Below, one piece after another: positions 37,878 through 48,801 of a stretch of DNA of 64,000 nucleotides (positions are counted from its first letter, which is position 1; each line of letters opens with the position of its first letter). Made by a program: the position numbers and the translations under genes. Source of the DNA: Acidobacteriota bacterium (GTDB lineage Bacteria; Acidobacteriota; UBA890; WLXD01); assembly GCA_963666055.2 (NCBI GenBank), contig CAXWPH010000015.1, positions 2,165,120 through 2,229,119 of the forward strand. Reading direction: 5' to 3'. The notes under the pieces are model-generated. The model searched no databases. It saw only the letters and a program-made list of their open reading frames with translations, and was not told where the DNA came from.

Positions 37878-38684
37878 GAAGGGATGGGGGGCACGTGCTC
37901 GTCGAGCTGCTGGTGGCCTCATCCTGTACCGGGCTGCTGGCGGCAGGAGTGCTCGGCCTGATGGTGAACACTGCCGGCACCGTCCACGATCGGTTGACGC
38001 GACTCGATGCCACGATGCGCGCCGCGCGCTGTGCCGAGGAACTGTCCCGGGACCTCCGCCGCTCGGCACGAGGGCTGGAGTCGCGCCTACCCCTGATCAC
38101 CTCCGCCGGCATCGTCGGTGTTGTCGAGCCGGACGCGGCAGGCGCGAACGTGGCGTTGGCGCTACCGATGGCGGCCCCCGTGGAAGTGGACGAACTGGTG
38201 GACGGTAGGTATCGAGTCGCCACGCCCGGGGCGCTAGCGGTCGGCATGCAGGTAGCTGTGGTCGGCTTGGCCGATGCTGCCCCTGCTGTGCCTGTGGCCG
38301 CCGTGGTGAGGGCAGGGCGGGTCTCCTCCGAGGGGCTCGTCGAGGTGGCGTGGAACGCTAGCCAGCTCCGCATTCTTCGCGAACACGGGCCGGTGAGAGC
38401 GCTGGTTCCTCTGACGCTGCGGACCTATCAGATCCGGCCTGCCAGGACGGGTGCGGAGCTGATACGTCGTGACGACGGCGGAAGATGGCAGCCGGTGGTG
38501 GACGGTCTCGCAGGCGTCGAAATCGACTATGGTCTGGTGGGGGATCCCGGCACTCAGCAGCTCAGGGCCCCGGCGTCGCTGTCGCTGCCAGCAGCGATCG
38601 TGGTGGCGCGAGTCGACTGTGCGGGCGCGCGCCGCCGGCACGCTCGTACATGCAGTCCAGTGGGCGGGGATCGGGCGACGATGA
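37874..38684 (+). CDS. PilW-like minor pilin; frameshift near 38625-38635 creates an apparent fusion to the next gene
   Basis: G|HVLVELLVA, LSRDLRRS, QPVVDGL; corrected frame ends at ATGA 38681-38684. Confidence 0.68.
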
Positions 38685-39217
38685 GCCGCTTTGCAGATGG
38701 TGGCGCCGCGTTGCTCTTGGTTATCGGCGCGACGTCGGTGTTGGCCATGCTCAGCGGGTTGATGCTGGTTGCGGCCTTGGCCTCATACGAAGCGCGGTCG
38801 TACCGCGCCGACCTCGTTCAGGCGCGTGCCCTGGCCGATGCCGTAGTGCTGCAGGCAATGGTTGCCCTCGGTGACGGTAGCCTGCCCTGGCCGACACCAT
38901 CGCGGCCGGTAAGCGTGCGCAACGGAGTTCTGGAGGCGTCGAGGTCGGCTGTCCCAGTGGCCGTCTTTCCGACGCCGCCGTGGACCGATTGGCCACCGGC
39001 GGTGCATTCGGCGTCGCTCCCTGGCGCGTCGGTTCTGGGCCTTGGCGCCACCGCCACCCTGTCACGCGTCGTCGGGCCAGGAGGCGACCTACGGACGGTT
39101 GGCGACCCCGCAGCACACTTGGTCGAACTTGACGTCGTTGCCTGGTTTCGTCGTGCGCGCGTCGAACATCGCGCCCGTCTTTGGATTGCTGTGGGCGCCG
39201 CCGGCCGGATCGATTGA
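38681..39217 (+). CDS. PilX-like minor pilin
   Basis: G|AALLLV (no Glu5), hydrophobic helix, QARALADA. Confidence 0.65.
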   Translation: MSRFADGGAALLLVIGATSVLAMLSGLMLVAALASYEARSYRADLVQARALADAVVLQAMVALGDGSLPWPTPSRPVSVRNGVLEASRSAVPVAVFPTPPWTDWPPAVHSASLPGASVLGLGATATLSRVVGPGGDLRTVGDPAAHLVELDVVAWFRRARVEHRARLWIAVGAAGRID

Positions 39218-39251
39218 CGCGCTGCAGTGGGCGTCCGAGAATTCGCCATCT

Positions 39252-39272
39252 ACTTCTACCACGGCCTGCTAG
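39252..39272. repeat. Solo right TIR of the MITE family
   Basis: ACTTCTACCACGGCCTGCTA is the exact reverse complement of 36116-36135. Confidence 0.8.
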
Positions 39273-39305
39273 TGTCCGGCAACGAACCTCTGTTACCGAA
39301 CACTA
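39270..39305. repeat. Short inverted repeat, second TIR-like family
   Basis: TAGTGTCCGGCAAC-N8-GTTACCGAACACTA; related motifs at 7209-7226 and 62359-62376. Confidence 0.55.
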
Positions 39306-39345
39306 ACTGACGTCACCCAATCGCGGCCAAGGAGCGCTGATCCCT

Positions 39346-40683
39346 GTGGAGGCGAAGTCTCGCCGAACTATATTCGACAACCGCTTGACGCTACTGACAG
39401 AACGGATCCCAACGGTCCGGTCAGCTTCGATCGGCATCTGGGTCAAAAGGGGCTCGCGCGACGAGCAGCCGCAGCACCATGGCGTGGCCCACTTCGTCGA
39501 ACATATGCTGTTCAAAGGTACGTCGACACGCAGCGCCCGCGATATAGCCGTCGAGATCGATGCCATGGGGGGACATCTCGATGCCTTCACGTCACATGAG
39601 CTGGCCGGTTACTACGCGCAAGTACTCGATGAGCGGCTGTCCGATGCCTTTGATCTGTTGGCGGATCTGGTCTGCAATCCGAGCTTCGAGGCCAAGGAGA
39701 TGGAGCGCGAGCGCGGCGTCATTCTCGAGGAGATAGCTTCGGCCCAGGACGATCCCGAAGACGTACTCTTCGAGTCGTTCCTGTGCCGCTTCTGGGAGGA
39801 CCATCCGATGGGTCGGCCGATTCTCGGCACGCCAGAAACCGTTGGCCGGTTGCAGACAGGTGACCTACGCGACTTCGTCAACACCATCGGCGCTGCTGAC
39901 ATCGTCGTGACGGCCGCTGGCAACCTCGACCACGAGCACATGCAGCAACTCATCGGCGAGCGGCTGTCGGGAATGAATCCCGGTACGGGTGCAACTGGGC
40001 GAAGCCGACCCCACGCTCACGCGCACGTGCACGTGCTAGAGCGCCAACAGCTCGAACAGGTGCAGTTATACATCGCCTGCGAGGCGCCCTCGGGCCGCGA
40101 CGACGATCGCTTTGCGGTGCAGGTGCTCAACGCGCTCCTCGGTGGAACGGTCTCTTCGCGGCTCTTCCAGTCGATCCGCGAAGAGCGTGGGCTCGCCTAC
40201 AGCGTGTATTCGACGCAGGCGGCATATTCCGACACCGGCTATTTGTTGGTTTCGGCCGGGACTCGACCTCCGCACGTCGAACAGGTCGTGAGCCTGATCC
40301 TCGAGGAGTTTCGTCGTCTGCAAGAGTCACATGTCACCGACGAAGAGCTGGCGCGCGTGAAGGCCCATCTCAAGGGCAGCCTCGTGCTGTCGCTCGAAGG
40401 CACCTCGGGTCGCATGGCTGCGCTGGCGCGCGCCGAGATCAACTTCGGTCGTGTGTTCGACCTCGAGCGTGTGTTGGCAGGCATCGACGCGGTCGTTTTG
40501 GAGGACGTCCGACGAATCGCTGGCAAGCTCTTCGGTGATGAGTTATCGGCTGGCTTCATCGCCCGCCGCGATGCCGCCGAGAAGCTGCGCGGCGTGTTCG
40601 AAGTCGGCGGGCCTCTGCTGGCCAGGCAGACGCAAGCCGAGGACTCGTCGGGTCGCCGCTCGGATACCGACACGGCAACATGA
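39346..40683 (+). CDS. M16 family zinc peptidase (insulinase/PqqL-like)
   Basis: GSRDE, HFVEHMLFKGT (HxxEH), SSRLFQSIREERGLAYSV. Confidence 0.93.
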   Translation: MEAKSRRTIFDNRLTLLTERIPTVRSASIGIWVKRGSRDEQPQHHGVAHFVEHMLFKGTSTRSARDIAVEIDAMGGHLDAFTSHELAGYYAQVLDERLSDAFDLLADLVCNPSFEAKEMERERGVILEEIASAQDDPEDVLFESFLCRFWEDHPMGRPILGTPETVGRLQTGDLRDFVNTIGAADIVVTAAGNLDHEHMQQLIGERLSGMNPGTGATGRSRPHAHAHVHVLERQQLEQVQLYIACEAPSGRDDDRFAVQVLNALLGGTVSSRLFQSIREERGLAYSVYSTQAAYSDTGYLLVSAGTRPPHVEQVVSLILEEFRRLQESHVTDEELARVKAHLKGSLVLSLEGTSGRMAALARAEINFGRVFDLERVLAGIDAVVLEDVRRIAGKLFGDELSAGFIARRDAAEKLRGVFEVGGPLLARQTQAEDSSGRRSDTDTAT

Positions 40684-40853
40684 GGCGCGCGGCTACGCTG
40701 GTCATGGAGAGATTGGGCTCGTTGTTGCCGCCGGTCGACGGGTCTTGTTGCGGCGCTAGGAATCGCCAGGTGCGCCCCCTTTGCCTTGCGAGGGTGCACT
40801 CTGTAGGTCATCGGGGTGCTGCCGCGGGGCCGACGAGGGACATTCCGGCAACC

Positions 40854-40862
40854 TGCTAAAAT
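40854..40862 (+). promoter_or_regulatory. Extended -10 promoter for the pur operon
   Basis: TGcTAAAAT 70 nt upstream of purB. Confidence 0.55.
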
Positions 40863-40932
40863 ATCGACGCCCCACCCAACCTGGCCGCCTGCCGTCTTCC
40901 TGGAACTGGCCCTCGAAGGGCCTGGCGGATCG

Positions 40933-42285
40933 ATGATTTCCCGGTACTCTCGACCCGAGATGGGGCGTCTCTGGGACGATGCGGCCGTTTACGCGAGCTG
41001 GCTCGAGGTCGAGCTGGCGGCGGCCGAATCGATGGCATGCCGTGGCGTTGTCCCCGCTGCTGTAATGGAACAACTGCGGCGCATCGAGCCGCCCGATCCC
41101 GACCGCGTCAGTAAGATCGAGCGCCGCACCCATCACGACGTGATCGCGTTCCTGGAAGCTATCGAGGAACAGGTCGGTCCGGCTGTTCGCTACTTGCACC
41201 TCGGAATGACGTCGTCGGATGTACTCGACACAGCTCTTGCCCTGCGTTGCGTGCGTGCGCTTGACCTGATTCTCGAAGGCTGGGCAGCGTTGTCGGAGCT
41301 GGTAGAGCGTCGGGCGCTGGAATTCAAGGACTTGCCCTGTATCGGACGCAGCCACGGAGTTCATGCCGAGCCAATGACCTTCGGGCTCAAGATCTTGAGC
41401 TGGCAACAGGAGCTGGTGCGCGGAAGCTCACGATTGCGTCGGGCGCGCGATGTCATCGGCTTCGGCCAGATCTCCGGCGCTGTCGGAACGTACAACACCG
41501 TTGATCCTGAAGTGGAGCGCCAAGCTGTCGAAGCGCTCGGCCTGAAGGTCGAGCCGGTGTCCACCCAGGTTGTGCCACGCGACCGTCACGCGGAGCTGTT
41601 GGGTCATCTGGCCGTGGTTGCCGCGACGATCGAGCGGATCGCCGTCGAGATTCGGAGCCTGCAGCGCACCGAGCTCCGCGAAGTGGAAGAGCCGTTCGGA
41701 TCCACGCAGAAGGGTTCCTCGGTCATGCCCCACAAGCGCAACCCGATCAAGTGCGAGAACTTGGTCGGATTGGCCCGGCTGGTGCGCGCCTACGCCGGAA
41801 CCGGGCTGGAGAACGTCGCGCTCTGGCACGAGCGCGACATCTCGCATTCCTCGGCCGAGCGCGTGGCGCTGGCTGACGCATGTACCTTGGTCGACTTCAT
41901 GACCCATCGGATGCGCGGGGTGATCGAAGGCATGCAAGTCTATCCTGAGAACATGTTGCGCAATGTGGAACTCACTAACGGGCTGGTTTTTTCGAGCCGG
42001 GTGCTCGAGCGTCTGATCTTGGCGGGCGTCGTGCGGTCGCAGGCGTACGCGATCATCCAACGCAACGCGATGCTCTGCTGGGATACCGGTGAGTCCTTCC
42101 AGGCGGTGCTCGCCGCCGATGAGGAGCTCACCACCCAACTCGACACCGGGCAGATCGCCGAGTGCTTCGACCTTCGCCACGTGTTGCGCCATGTCGACTT
42201 GATTTTCAAGCGTGTCCTCGGCGAAGCCGCTGGCACCGAACAGGATGTCGGCGCGGGAGTCGACGAGGAGAGGGTGGTGACATGA
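40933..42285 (+). CDS. purB: Adenylosuccinate lyase
   Basis: MISRYSR, HLGMTSSD, GRSHGVHAEP, GSSVMPHKRNP, WHERDISHSS. Confidence 0.97.
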   Translation: MISRYSRPEMGRLWDDAAVYASWLEVELAAAESMACRGVVPAAVMEQLRRIEPPDPDRVSKIERRTHHDVIAFLEAIEEQVGPAVRYLHLGMTSSDVLDTALALRCVRALDLILEGWAALSELVERRALEFKDLPCIGRSHGVHAEPMTFGLKILSWQQELVRGSSRLRRARDVIGFGQISGAVGTYNTVDPEVERQAVEALGLKVEPVSTQVVPRDRHAELLGHLAVVAATIERIAVEIRSLQRTELREVEEPFGSTQKGSSVMPHKRNPIKCENLVGLARLVRAYAGTGLENVALWHERDISHSSAERVALADACTLVDFMTHRMRGVIEGMQVYPENMLRNVELTNGLVFSSRVLERLILAGVVRSQAYAIIQRNAMLCWDTGESFQAVLAADEELTTQLDTGQIAECFDLRHVLRHVDLIFKRVLGEAAGTEQDVGAGVDEERVVT

Positions 42286-42530
42286 AGGGGCAGGTGGTGG
42301 TGCGTCTGCGAGAAGAGGTGCTCGATCCCCAGGGGGTTACGATCGGCAAGGCGCTGGCCAACCTCGGATACGACAACGTGGCATCGTTGCGACAAGGGAA
42401 GATCTTCGATGTCGAGTTGGCCACCGACGACCCGCAGGAAGCGGAGCGCCAGCTCACCGCGATGGCCAAACAGCTGCTCGCCAATCCGGTAATCGAGACG
42501 TTCGAAGTGCACGTGGGATCGAAGGTGTAA
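42282..42530 (+). CDS. purS: FGAM synthase subunit PurS
   Basis: VLDPQG, RQGK, LLANPVIE. Confidence 0.95.
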   Translation: MKGQVVVRLREEVLDPQGVTIGKALANLGYDNVASLRQGKIFDVELATDDPQEAERQLTAMAKQLLANPVIETFEVHVGSKV

Positions 42531-43273
42531 TGCGCGTCGGCGTGGTCTACTTTCCAGGCAGCAACTGCGAGCAGGACGCTGTATATGCCTGTCGCCAGGT
42601 GGGACTGGAGGCCGAGTACGTCTGGCACAAGCAATCTCTGATTGAGGGTTTCGGTGCCCTCATCCTGGCGGGTGGATTTTCCTACGGCGATCATCTCCGC
42701 TGCGGTGCGATTGCCTGCTCGTCGCCGATCATGCCCGCGGTCGAGCGATTTGCCGCCGATGGCGGCCTGGTGCTGGGGATTTGCAACGGCTTTCAGATTC
42801 TCGCCGAGATGGACATGATCCCCGGCACTCTGTTGGCGAACAACGGACTCAAGTTTCGTTGCCAAGACACCCTCATGCGTGTCGAGCGCAACGATTCGCC
42901 GTTCACCAACGCGTGCGAGGTCGGCCAGGTACTGCGCATCAACATGGCGCACTACGAGGGCAACTACTTTGCCGAGCCCGAGACTCTGCAGCGACTCGAG
43001 GCCAACGGCCAGGTGGTCATGCGCTTCGGTCCCGCCGCGGACGAATCCGGCGGCGAGTTCAACCCGAACGGGTCGATCGCCGACATCGCAGCGATCAGCA
43101 ACGAAGCCGGTAACGTCATGGGTCTGATGCCGCATCCCGAGCGTGCCATGCAGTCCGCGCTCGGCTCGACCGACGGTCGTCTTGTGTTCGAGTCACTGCG
43201 GCGTGCGATCGACGCTCGCGATGGTGATAGCCAGGCTTTCGTTGCTCTCGAGGGGAAACCGGCCGGTGTCTGA
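42530..43273 (+). CDS. purQ: FGAM synthase glutaminase subunit PurQ
   Basis: FPGSNC, GGFSYGD, GICNGFQ, MPHPER. Confidence 0.96.
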   Translation: MRVGVVYFPGSNCEQDAVYACRQVGLEAEYVWHKQSLIEGFGALILAGGFSYGDHLRCGAIACSSPIMPAVERFAADGGLVLGICNGFQILAEMDMIPGTLLANNGLKFRCQDTLMRVERNDSPFTNACEVGQVLRINMAHYEGNYFAEPETLQRLEANGQVVMRFGPAADESGGEFNPNGSIADIAAISNEAGNVMGLMPHPERAMQSALGSTDGRLVFESLRRAIDARDGDSQAFVALEGKPAGV

Positions 43274-45590
43274 AGCGCTCGAGCGAACGCTGCCGCTCGG
43301 AGCCGCCACCGACCAGAAGACCGCGGTCGAACACGGCATGACGGCCGACGAATACGCTCGTGTGGTCGAGATTCTCGGCCGAGCGCCGACCCTCACGGAG
43401 CTCGGCATGTATTCGGTAATGTGGTCGGAACACTGCTCATATAAGAGTTCGCGAGTGTACTTGAGAGAGCTTCCGAGTAGCGGGCCGGCGGTCCTGCAGG
43501 GGCCGGGCGAAAACGCTGGGGCTGTCGACCTCGGAGATGGTCTAGCGGGTGTCTTCAAGGTCGAGAGCCACAACCATCCGTCGTACATCGAGCCGTATCA
43601 AGGAGCAGCGACCGGCGTAGGCGGCATCCTCCGTGACATCTTCACGATGGGCGCACGGCCGCTGGCGCTGCTGGACTCTCTGCGCTTCGGCAAGCCGCAG
43701 GTCGGCAAGAACCGCCACTTGCTCGACGGAGTCGTGGGCGGTATCGCCGGCTATGGTAATTGCATGGGGGTACCGACGGTAGGCGGAGAGATCTACTTCG
43801 ACGACAGTTACGATCACAATCCGCTGGTCAACGTCATGTGCTTCGGGGTCGCCGCGGCCGATCGCCTGATTCGAGCTCGGGCGGACGGACCCGGCAACCT
43901 GGTGATCTATGTGGGCGCGCGCACCGGACGGGACGGCATTTACGGCGTTAGCCTGCTGGCATCCGCTACCTTCGATGCCGAGGCCGAGGAGAAACGGCCA
44001 GCAGTGCAGGTCGGGGATCCGTTTACCGAAAAGCTACTCATGGAGGCTTGCCTGGAGCTCGTCGACAAGGACTTGCTGGTCGGCATGCAGGATCTGGGCG
44101 GCGCCGGACTGACCTGTTCGACGGCAGAGTTGTCGTCCAACTCAAGAACCGGCATGCGCATCGACATCGCCAAGGTACCCAGGCGCGAGTCTGGGTTGAC
44201 GCCCTACGAGATCATGCTATCGGAGTCCCAGGAACGCATGATGCTGGTGGTGACCTCCGCGCAGCTCGAAGAGGTCATGGCGATATTCGACAAGTGGGAT
44301 CTCGAAGCCGTGGTCATCGGACAGGTCACCGACGACGGCTTCGTCCAGGTATTCGACGACGGCGAGCTGGTGGCCGACGTTCCGGCGCGGTCCCTGGCCG
44401 AGGAAGGGCCGCGCTACGAACGTCCGTTTGTCCTTCCCGTGCCGCCGCCGTCGATCGGTGCCGGCGAGCTCAAGTGTGATCTCCATACTCATGACGTGTT
44501 GTTCCGGCTGCTGCGTGATCCGACCGTGGCATCGAAGCGATGGGTCTTTCAACAGTACGACCAGACGGTCCGCTTCAACACCGTGCAGCGTCCCGGAGGC
44601 GAGGCGGCAGTTATCTGGCTGAAGGAGTACGGCAGCGATGCAGCGGTGGCGTTGGCGATCGACGGAAACCCATGGTTTTCTGCCCTCGATGCGAAGCAGG
44701 GCGCCAAGCTCGCCGTTGCCGAGGCTTGCCGCAACGTCGCCTGCACCGGTGCCAAGCCACTCGGTATTACCAACTGTCTGAACTTCGGTAGTCCGGAGGT
44801 CGACGTTCGGATGGGTGAGTTTGTCGCCGCTGTCGAGGGCATCGCGGAAGCGTGCCTTGCGCTGGAGGTCCCGGTGACGGGCGGTAACGTATCGTTCTAC
44901 AACGAGACCGCTGGACAGCCGATCTTGCCGACTTCGGTGGTGGGTGCCGTAGGTCGTCACGACCACTACGATCGTACCGTCGGTGCGGGATTTCTAAGTT
45001 CCGGTGACAAGGTCGTCTTGATTGGCGGTGCCGACACAGACGACCCTGGGCTGGGCGGTAGCGCCTATGTGCGCCTCGTTCATGCGGCACGGCCCGGTGC
45101 GCCACCGAGCCTCGATCTGGGACTCGAGGCGCGCCTGCACCGGTTGCTAGTGGAAGCCGCAAGCGCCGAGCTTTTGCGAAGCGCCAAGGATTGCAGTGAC
45201 GGCGGCCTCGCGGTTGCGCTCGCAGAGACGTGCTTCGCGGTTGCCGACGGGGCCCGTGCCGATCGCAGCCTGGCATCGGTCGGTGAGGGTTCGGTCAAAG
45301 GCCTGCTCGGCGCGTACATCGAGCTCGACGCGAGTCCCGGCGACGACCATCACGCAGCGCTGTTCGGCGAAGCGCCAAGTCGCGTCGTGGTGACCACGCG
45401 CCCCGATGACGCTGAGCGGCTTGTCGATCTGGGTGCAGCGTACGGAGTGCCGGCGCGAGTCGTCGGTGAGGTGACCGAGGAGCCGAGGCTCCGTGTGATG
45501 GTGCAGGATCGGCCGGCGATCGAGCTCGGAGTGGATCTACTGTACACAGCGTGGGCCGGCGCCTTGGCGGCTGTGATGGAGCGCGCATAG
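43266..45590 (+). CDS. purL: FGAM synthase subunit PurL (small form)
   Basis: [40 protein letters not shown]. Confidence 0.96.
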   Translation: MSEALERTLPLGAATDQKTAVEHGMTADEYARVVEILGRAPTLTELGMYSVMWSEHCSYKSSRVYLRELPSSGPAVLQGPGENAGAVDLGDGLAGVFKVESHNHPSYIEPYQGAATGVGGILRDIFTMGARPLALLDSLRFGKPQVGKNRHLLDGVVGGIAGYGNCMGVPTVGGEIYFDDSYDHNPLVNVMCFGVAAADRLIRARADGPGNLVIYVGARTGRDGIYGVSLLASATFDAEAEEKRPAVQVGDPFTEKLLMEACLELVDKDLLVGMQDLGGAGLTCSTAELSSNSRTGMRIDIAKVPRRESGLTPYEIMLSESQERMMLVVTSAQLEEVMAIFDKWDLEAVVIGQVTDDGFVQVFDDGELVADVPARSLAEEGPRYERPFVLPVPPPSIGAGELKCDLHTHDVLFRLLRDPTVASKRWVFQQYDQTVRFNTVQRPGGEAAVIWLKEYGSDAAVALAIDGNPWFSALDAKQGAKLAVAEACRNVACTGAKPLGITNCLNFGSPEVDVRMGEFVAAVEGIAEACLALEVPVTGGNVSFYNETAGQPILPTSVVGAVGRHDHYDRTVGAGFLSSGDKVVLIGGADTDDPGLGGSAYVRLVHAARPGAPPSLDLGLEARLHRLLVEAASAELLRSAKDCSDGGLAVALAETCFAVADGARADRSLASVGEGSVKGLLGAYIELDASPGDDHHAALFGEAPSRVVVTTRPDDAERLVDLGAAYGVPARVVGEVTEEPRLRVMVQDRPAIELGVDLLYTAWAGALAAVMERA

Positions 45591-47080
45591 TGTGCGGCGT
45601 CTTCGGTATCACCGGGCATCGTGAGGCCGGTCGGATCGCCTACCTTGGCATGTACGCGCTTCAGCATCGTGGGCAAGAGAGCGTCGGCATCGCCTCGGTC
45701 GATGGCGGCGCGATGTTTGTCGAGCGCGGCATGGGACACGTTGCCGACGTCCTTGACGAGGCCAGCCTCGACCGTCTGCCCGGTCGAGCGGCGATCGGCC
45801 ATGTGCGCTATTCGACGTCGGGCGCGAGCAAGCTGCGGAATGCGCAGCCGATTCGCATCGGATCGCGCCACGGCACGATCGCGGTCGGCCACAATGGCAA
45901 CCTGGTCAACGCCGACGTGCTTCGTAGGGCGCTCGAAGACAGCGGCGCGATCTTCACCTCCACCAGTGACACCGAGGTCATCCTCCATCTATTTGCTCGA
46001 AGTGAGCGGGACGATGTCGAATCAGCCCTGGTCGACGCCCTCGGTCGGGTCGAGGGTGCCTACAGCCTCACGGCGCTCACGCCATCGTTGTTGATCGGGG
46101 TGCGCGACCCTCTCGGCTTTTGGCCCTTGTCGATCGGTCATCTGGAGGGGGCGTTGGTACTGGCGTCGGAGACCACCGCGTTCGACCTCATCGGCGGCGA
46201 GTACATTCGTGATCTCGCTCCCGGCGAGGTGGTCGTGCTATCGGAGGAAGTGCGAGCCGAGGGCGAGGTGATCGATATCATCGCGGCGGGCCCCGGGGGG
46301 GCAACACTCGGCTATGTCTCCCACGCGCCTTGGCCGGCGAGAGCGCAGGCGAGGCACTGCATATTCGAGCACGTCTACTTCGCGCGTCCTGACAGCGTGC
46401 TCAACGGCGAGTCGGTGATGCGGGCACGCAAGCAGATGGGCCGATTCCTGGGCGCCCAAGCCCCAGTCGATGCCGACGTTGTCGTACCGGTCCCCGACGG
46501 TGGTGTGTACGCGGCCCAGGGTTATGCGGAAGTCACCGGCATTCCGCTCGAGCTGGCGCTGATTCGCAACCACTATGTCGGACGGACATTTATCGAGCCG
46601 CGACAGTCGATCCGACACTTTGGCGTCAAGGTGAAGCTCAACCCGGTGCGCGAGATAATCGCCAACAAGCGGGTTGTTCTGGTTGATGATTCGATCGTGC
46701 GTGGAACGACCAGCGGCAAGATCGTCGAGATGATGCGGAACGCCGGCGCCAGGGAGGTTCACTTCCGGGTATCGTCGCCGCCCTACGTGTCGCCTTGCTT
46801 CTACGGCATCGACACGCCGCTCAAGCAGGATTTGATCGCCGCCAACCATTCGCTCGACGAGGTGCGACGCTGGATCGCGGCCGACTCGCTGGCGTATCTC
46901 AGCCTCGATGGCTTGCAGGAGGCGGTGACGGATGGCGATCGCAAGTATTGCGTCGCCTGCTTCACCGGTGAATACCCCACGCCGTTGAGCACGGAGCTGA
47001 CTTCCCAACTGGAGCACTTCGATCCGGCGGGCAACGGCCCGGCAGTCCCTGCGGCGGTCGGCGACGGCAACCCGCCTTGA
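45590..47080 (+). CDS. purF: Amidophosphoribosyltransferase
   Basis: N-terminal (M)CGVFG, QHRGQE, GHVRYST, VDDSIVRGTT, FYGID. Confidence 0.97.
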   Translation: MCGVFGITGHREAGRIAYLGMYALQHRGQESVGIASVDGGAMFVERGMGHVADVLDEASLDRLPGRAAIGHVRYSTSGASKLRNAQPIRIGSRHGTIAVGHNGNLVNADVLRRALEDSGAIFTSTSDTEVILHLFARSERDDVESALVDALGRVEGAYSLTALTPSLLIGVRDPLGFWPLSIGHLEGALVLASETTAFDLIGGEYIRDLAPGEVVVLSEEVRAEGEVIDIIAAGPGGATLGYVSHAPWPARAQARHCIFEHVYFARPDSVLNGESVMRARKQMGRFLGAQAPVDADVVVPVPDGGVYAAQGYAEVTGIPLELALIRNHYVGRTFIEPRQSIRHFGVKVKLNPVREIIANKRVVLVDDSIVRGTTSGKIVEMMRNAGAREVHFRVSSPPYVSPCFYGIDTPLKQDLIAANHSLDEVRRWIAADSLAYLSLDGLQEAVTDGDRKYCVACFTGEYPTPLSTELTSQLEHFDPAGNGPAVPAAVGDGNPP

Positions 47081-47119
47081 TCTCGGTGGTAACTTGCGCC
47101 GGCTGCTTGGAGGGTTAGC

Positions 47120-48151
47120 GTGACCGACACCCCGCCGCTGACGTACCGCGATGCCGGCGTCAACCGGGCCGCGGCGGACAGGGCGAAACAACGGATATCC
47201 GAGCTCGCTCGTAGTACGCATACCGACGGGGTGATCGGTGAGTTCGGTACGTTTGGAGGCTGTTTTCGCATTGAGCCCGACGCCGATGGCGTCGTTCTGG
47301 TGGCCTCCGCTGACGGTGTCGGGACCAAGCTCAAGGTCGCGGTGATGGCCGGGGTACATGACACCGTGGGGTATGACCTGGTCGCTCACTGCGCCGACGA
47401 CATCCTCGCCCAGGGCGCCCTGCCACTGTTCTTTCTCGACTATTTGGCGCTCGGCGAGATGGAGCCTCGAGTGGTGGAGCAGGTGGTCGGCGGCGTGGCG
47501 CGGGCCTGCCGCGACGTTGGCTGTGTCTTGCTCGGAGGGGAGACTGCCGAGATGCCCGACATGTACGCGGCGGGCGAGTATGACCTGGCAGGCTTCATCG
47601 TCGGGCGGGCGTTGCACTCAGAGCCACTCAATGGCGCCAGCGTATGTCCGGGCGATCGTCTCTTGGGCTTGGCATCGAACGGACTGCACACCAATGGCTA
47701 CTCGCTGGTACGCCGGATCCTGTTCGATGTCGCTGCCATGGATATCGATGCAAACGTGCCCGAATGGGGACGGAGCGTCGCGGAAGAACTGCTGCGGCCG
47801 CATCGTTCCTACGTTGCGGCGCTGCTGCCAGCGCTCAAGCGAGGCGATGTGAAGGGCTTGGCTCATGTCACCGGAGGCGGAATACCCAGCAACCTACCGC
47901 GCGCCTTACCCCCCGGCTGTGGGGCCCGCCTCGAAACCACGGCCTGGGAAGTGCCCGCGGTGTTCACTACTCTGGCGCGTCTTGGTAGCGTTCCCGATGA
48001 CGACATGTGGGAGACGTTCAACATGGGGATCGGCATGATCGCTGTTGTGCGCACCGAGCGCGTCGACTCACTGACCGCGGAGTGGCGCCAAGCCGGCGAA
48101 GAGGTCTTCGAGATCGGTGAGGTGGTGACCGGGGACGGCGTCGCTCGTTGA
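47120..48151 (+). CDS. purM: Phosphoribosylformylglycinamidine cyclo-ligase
   Basis: YRDAGV, DGVGTKL, GGETAEMP, SNGLHTNGYSL, TFNMGIG. Confidence 0.97.
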   Translation: MTDTPPLTYRDAGVNRAAADRAKQRISELARSTHTDGVIGEFGTFGGCFRIEPDADGVVLVASADGVGTKLKVAVMAGVHDTVGYDLVAHCADDILAQGALPLFFLDYLALGEMEPRVVEQVVGGVARACRDVGCVLLGGETAEMPDMYAAGEYDLAGFIVGRALHSEPLNGASVCPGDRLLGLASNGLHTNGYSLVRRILFDVAAMDIDANVPEWGRSVAEELLRPHRSYVAALLPALKRGDVKGLAHVTGGGIPSNLPRALPPGCGARLETTAWEVPAVFTTLARLGSVPDDDMWETFNMGIGMIAVVRTERVDSLTAEWRQAGEEVFEIGEVVTGDGVAR

Positions 48152-48801
48152 GGCTCGGTATTCTGATCTCCGGCCGGGGCTCCAACATGGTTGCCATCGC
48201 CCGAACTTGCGAGGCGGCGAGCTACCCCGCAGAAGTCGCGATCGTCATCTCCAATCGGCCCGAGGCGGCGGGCGTGGCGCGTGCCGCCGAGTGTGGGTTG
48301 AAGACTGCGGTCGTCGACCACAACGACTACGAGAGCCGTGAGGATTTCGAGACGGTGCTCGTCCAGTTGCTGCGGGCTGAGCGGGTCGAGCTAGTGTGCC
48401 TGGCGGGGTTCATGCGGTTGCTAACCGCGCAGTTCATCGCTGCGTTCCCGCAGCAGATCTTGAACGTTCATCCGTCACTGTTGCCTGCTTTCCCAGGGTT
48501 GGACGCACAACAGCAGGCATTCGAGCATGGGGTGCGGTACTCCGGTTGCACCGTTCATCTGGTCAACGCCGAGTTAGACGCTGGGCCGATCGTCTGCCAG
48601 AGCGTGGTGGCGATAGAGCCCGGCGACACGGAGAACGTTCTCAGTGCCAGGATTCTCGAGCAGGAGCATCGACTCTATGGCGAGGCGATACGCTTGTTCG
48701 CGGAGAATCGTGTTTCGATCGTCGGTCGGCGTGTCGAGATCCGGCCCACCCGTAGCGTTCTCGACGGGGCGCGTCAAAGTACTACCAGCTCGGGGAGCTA
48801 G
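48148..48801 (+). CDS. purN: Phosphoribosylglycinamide formyltransferase
   Basis: ISGRGSNM, LAGFMR, NVHPSLLP, GCTVH, EH.LY. Confidence 0.96.
   Translation: MRLGILISGRGSNMVAIARTCEAASYPAEVAIVISNRPEAAGVARAAECGLKTAVVDHNDYESREDFETVLVQLLRAERVELVCLAGFMRLLTAQFIAAFPQQILNVHPSLLPAFPGLDAQQQAFEHGVRYSGCTVHLVNAELDAGPIVCQSVVAIEPGDTENVLSARILEQEHRLYGEAIRLFAENRVSIVGRRVEIRPTRSVLDGARQSTTSSGS

Noticed and set aside
37739-39217. 492-aa PilW-PilX fusion pilin
   Set aside because: The alternative frame ends at an ATGA overlap with a proper PilX start; explained by a frameshift
40684-40932. ZTP, PRPP or purine riboswitch before purB
   Set aside because: No recognisable consensus by eye, and only a short leader after the predicted -10; an Infernal search would be needed
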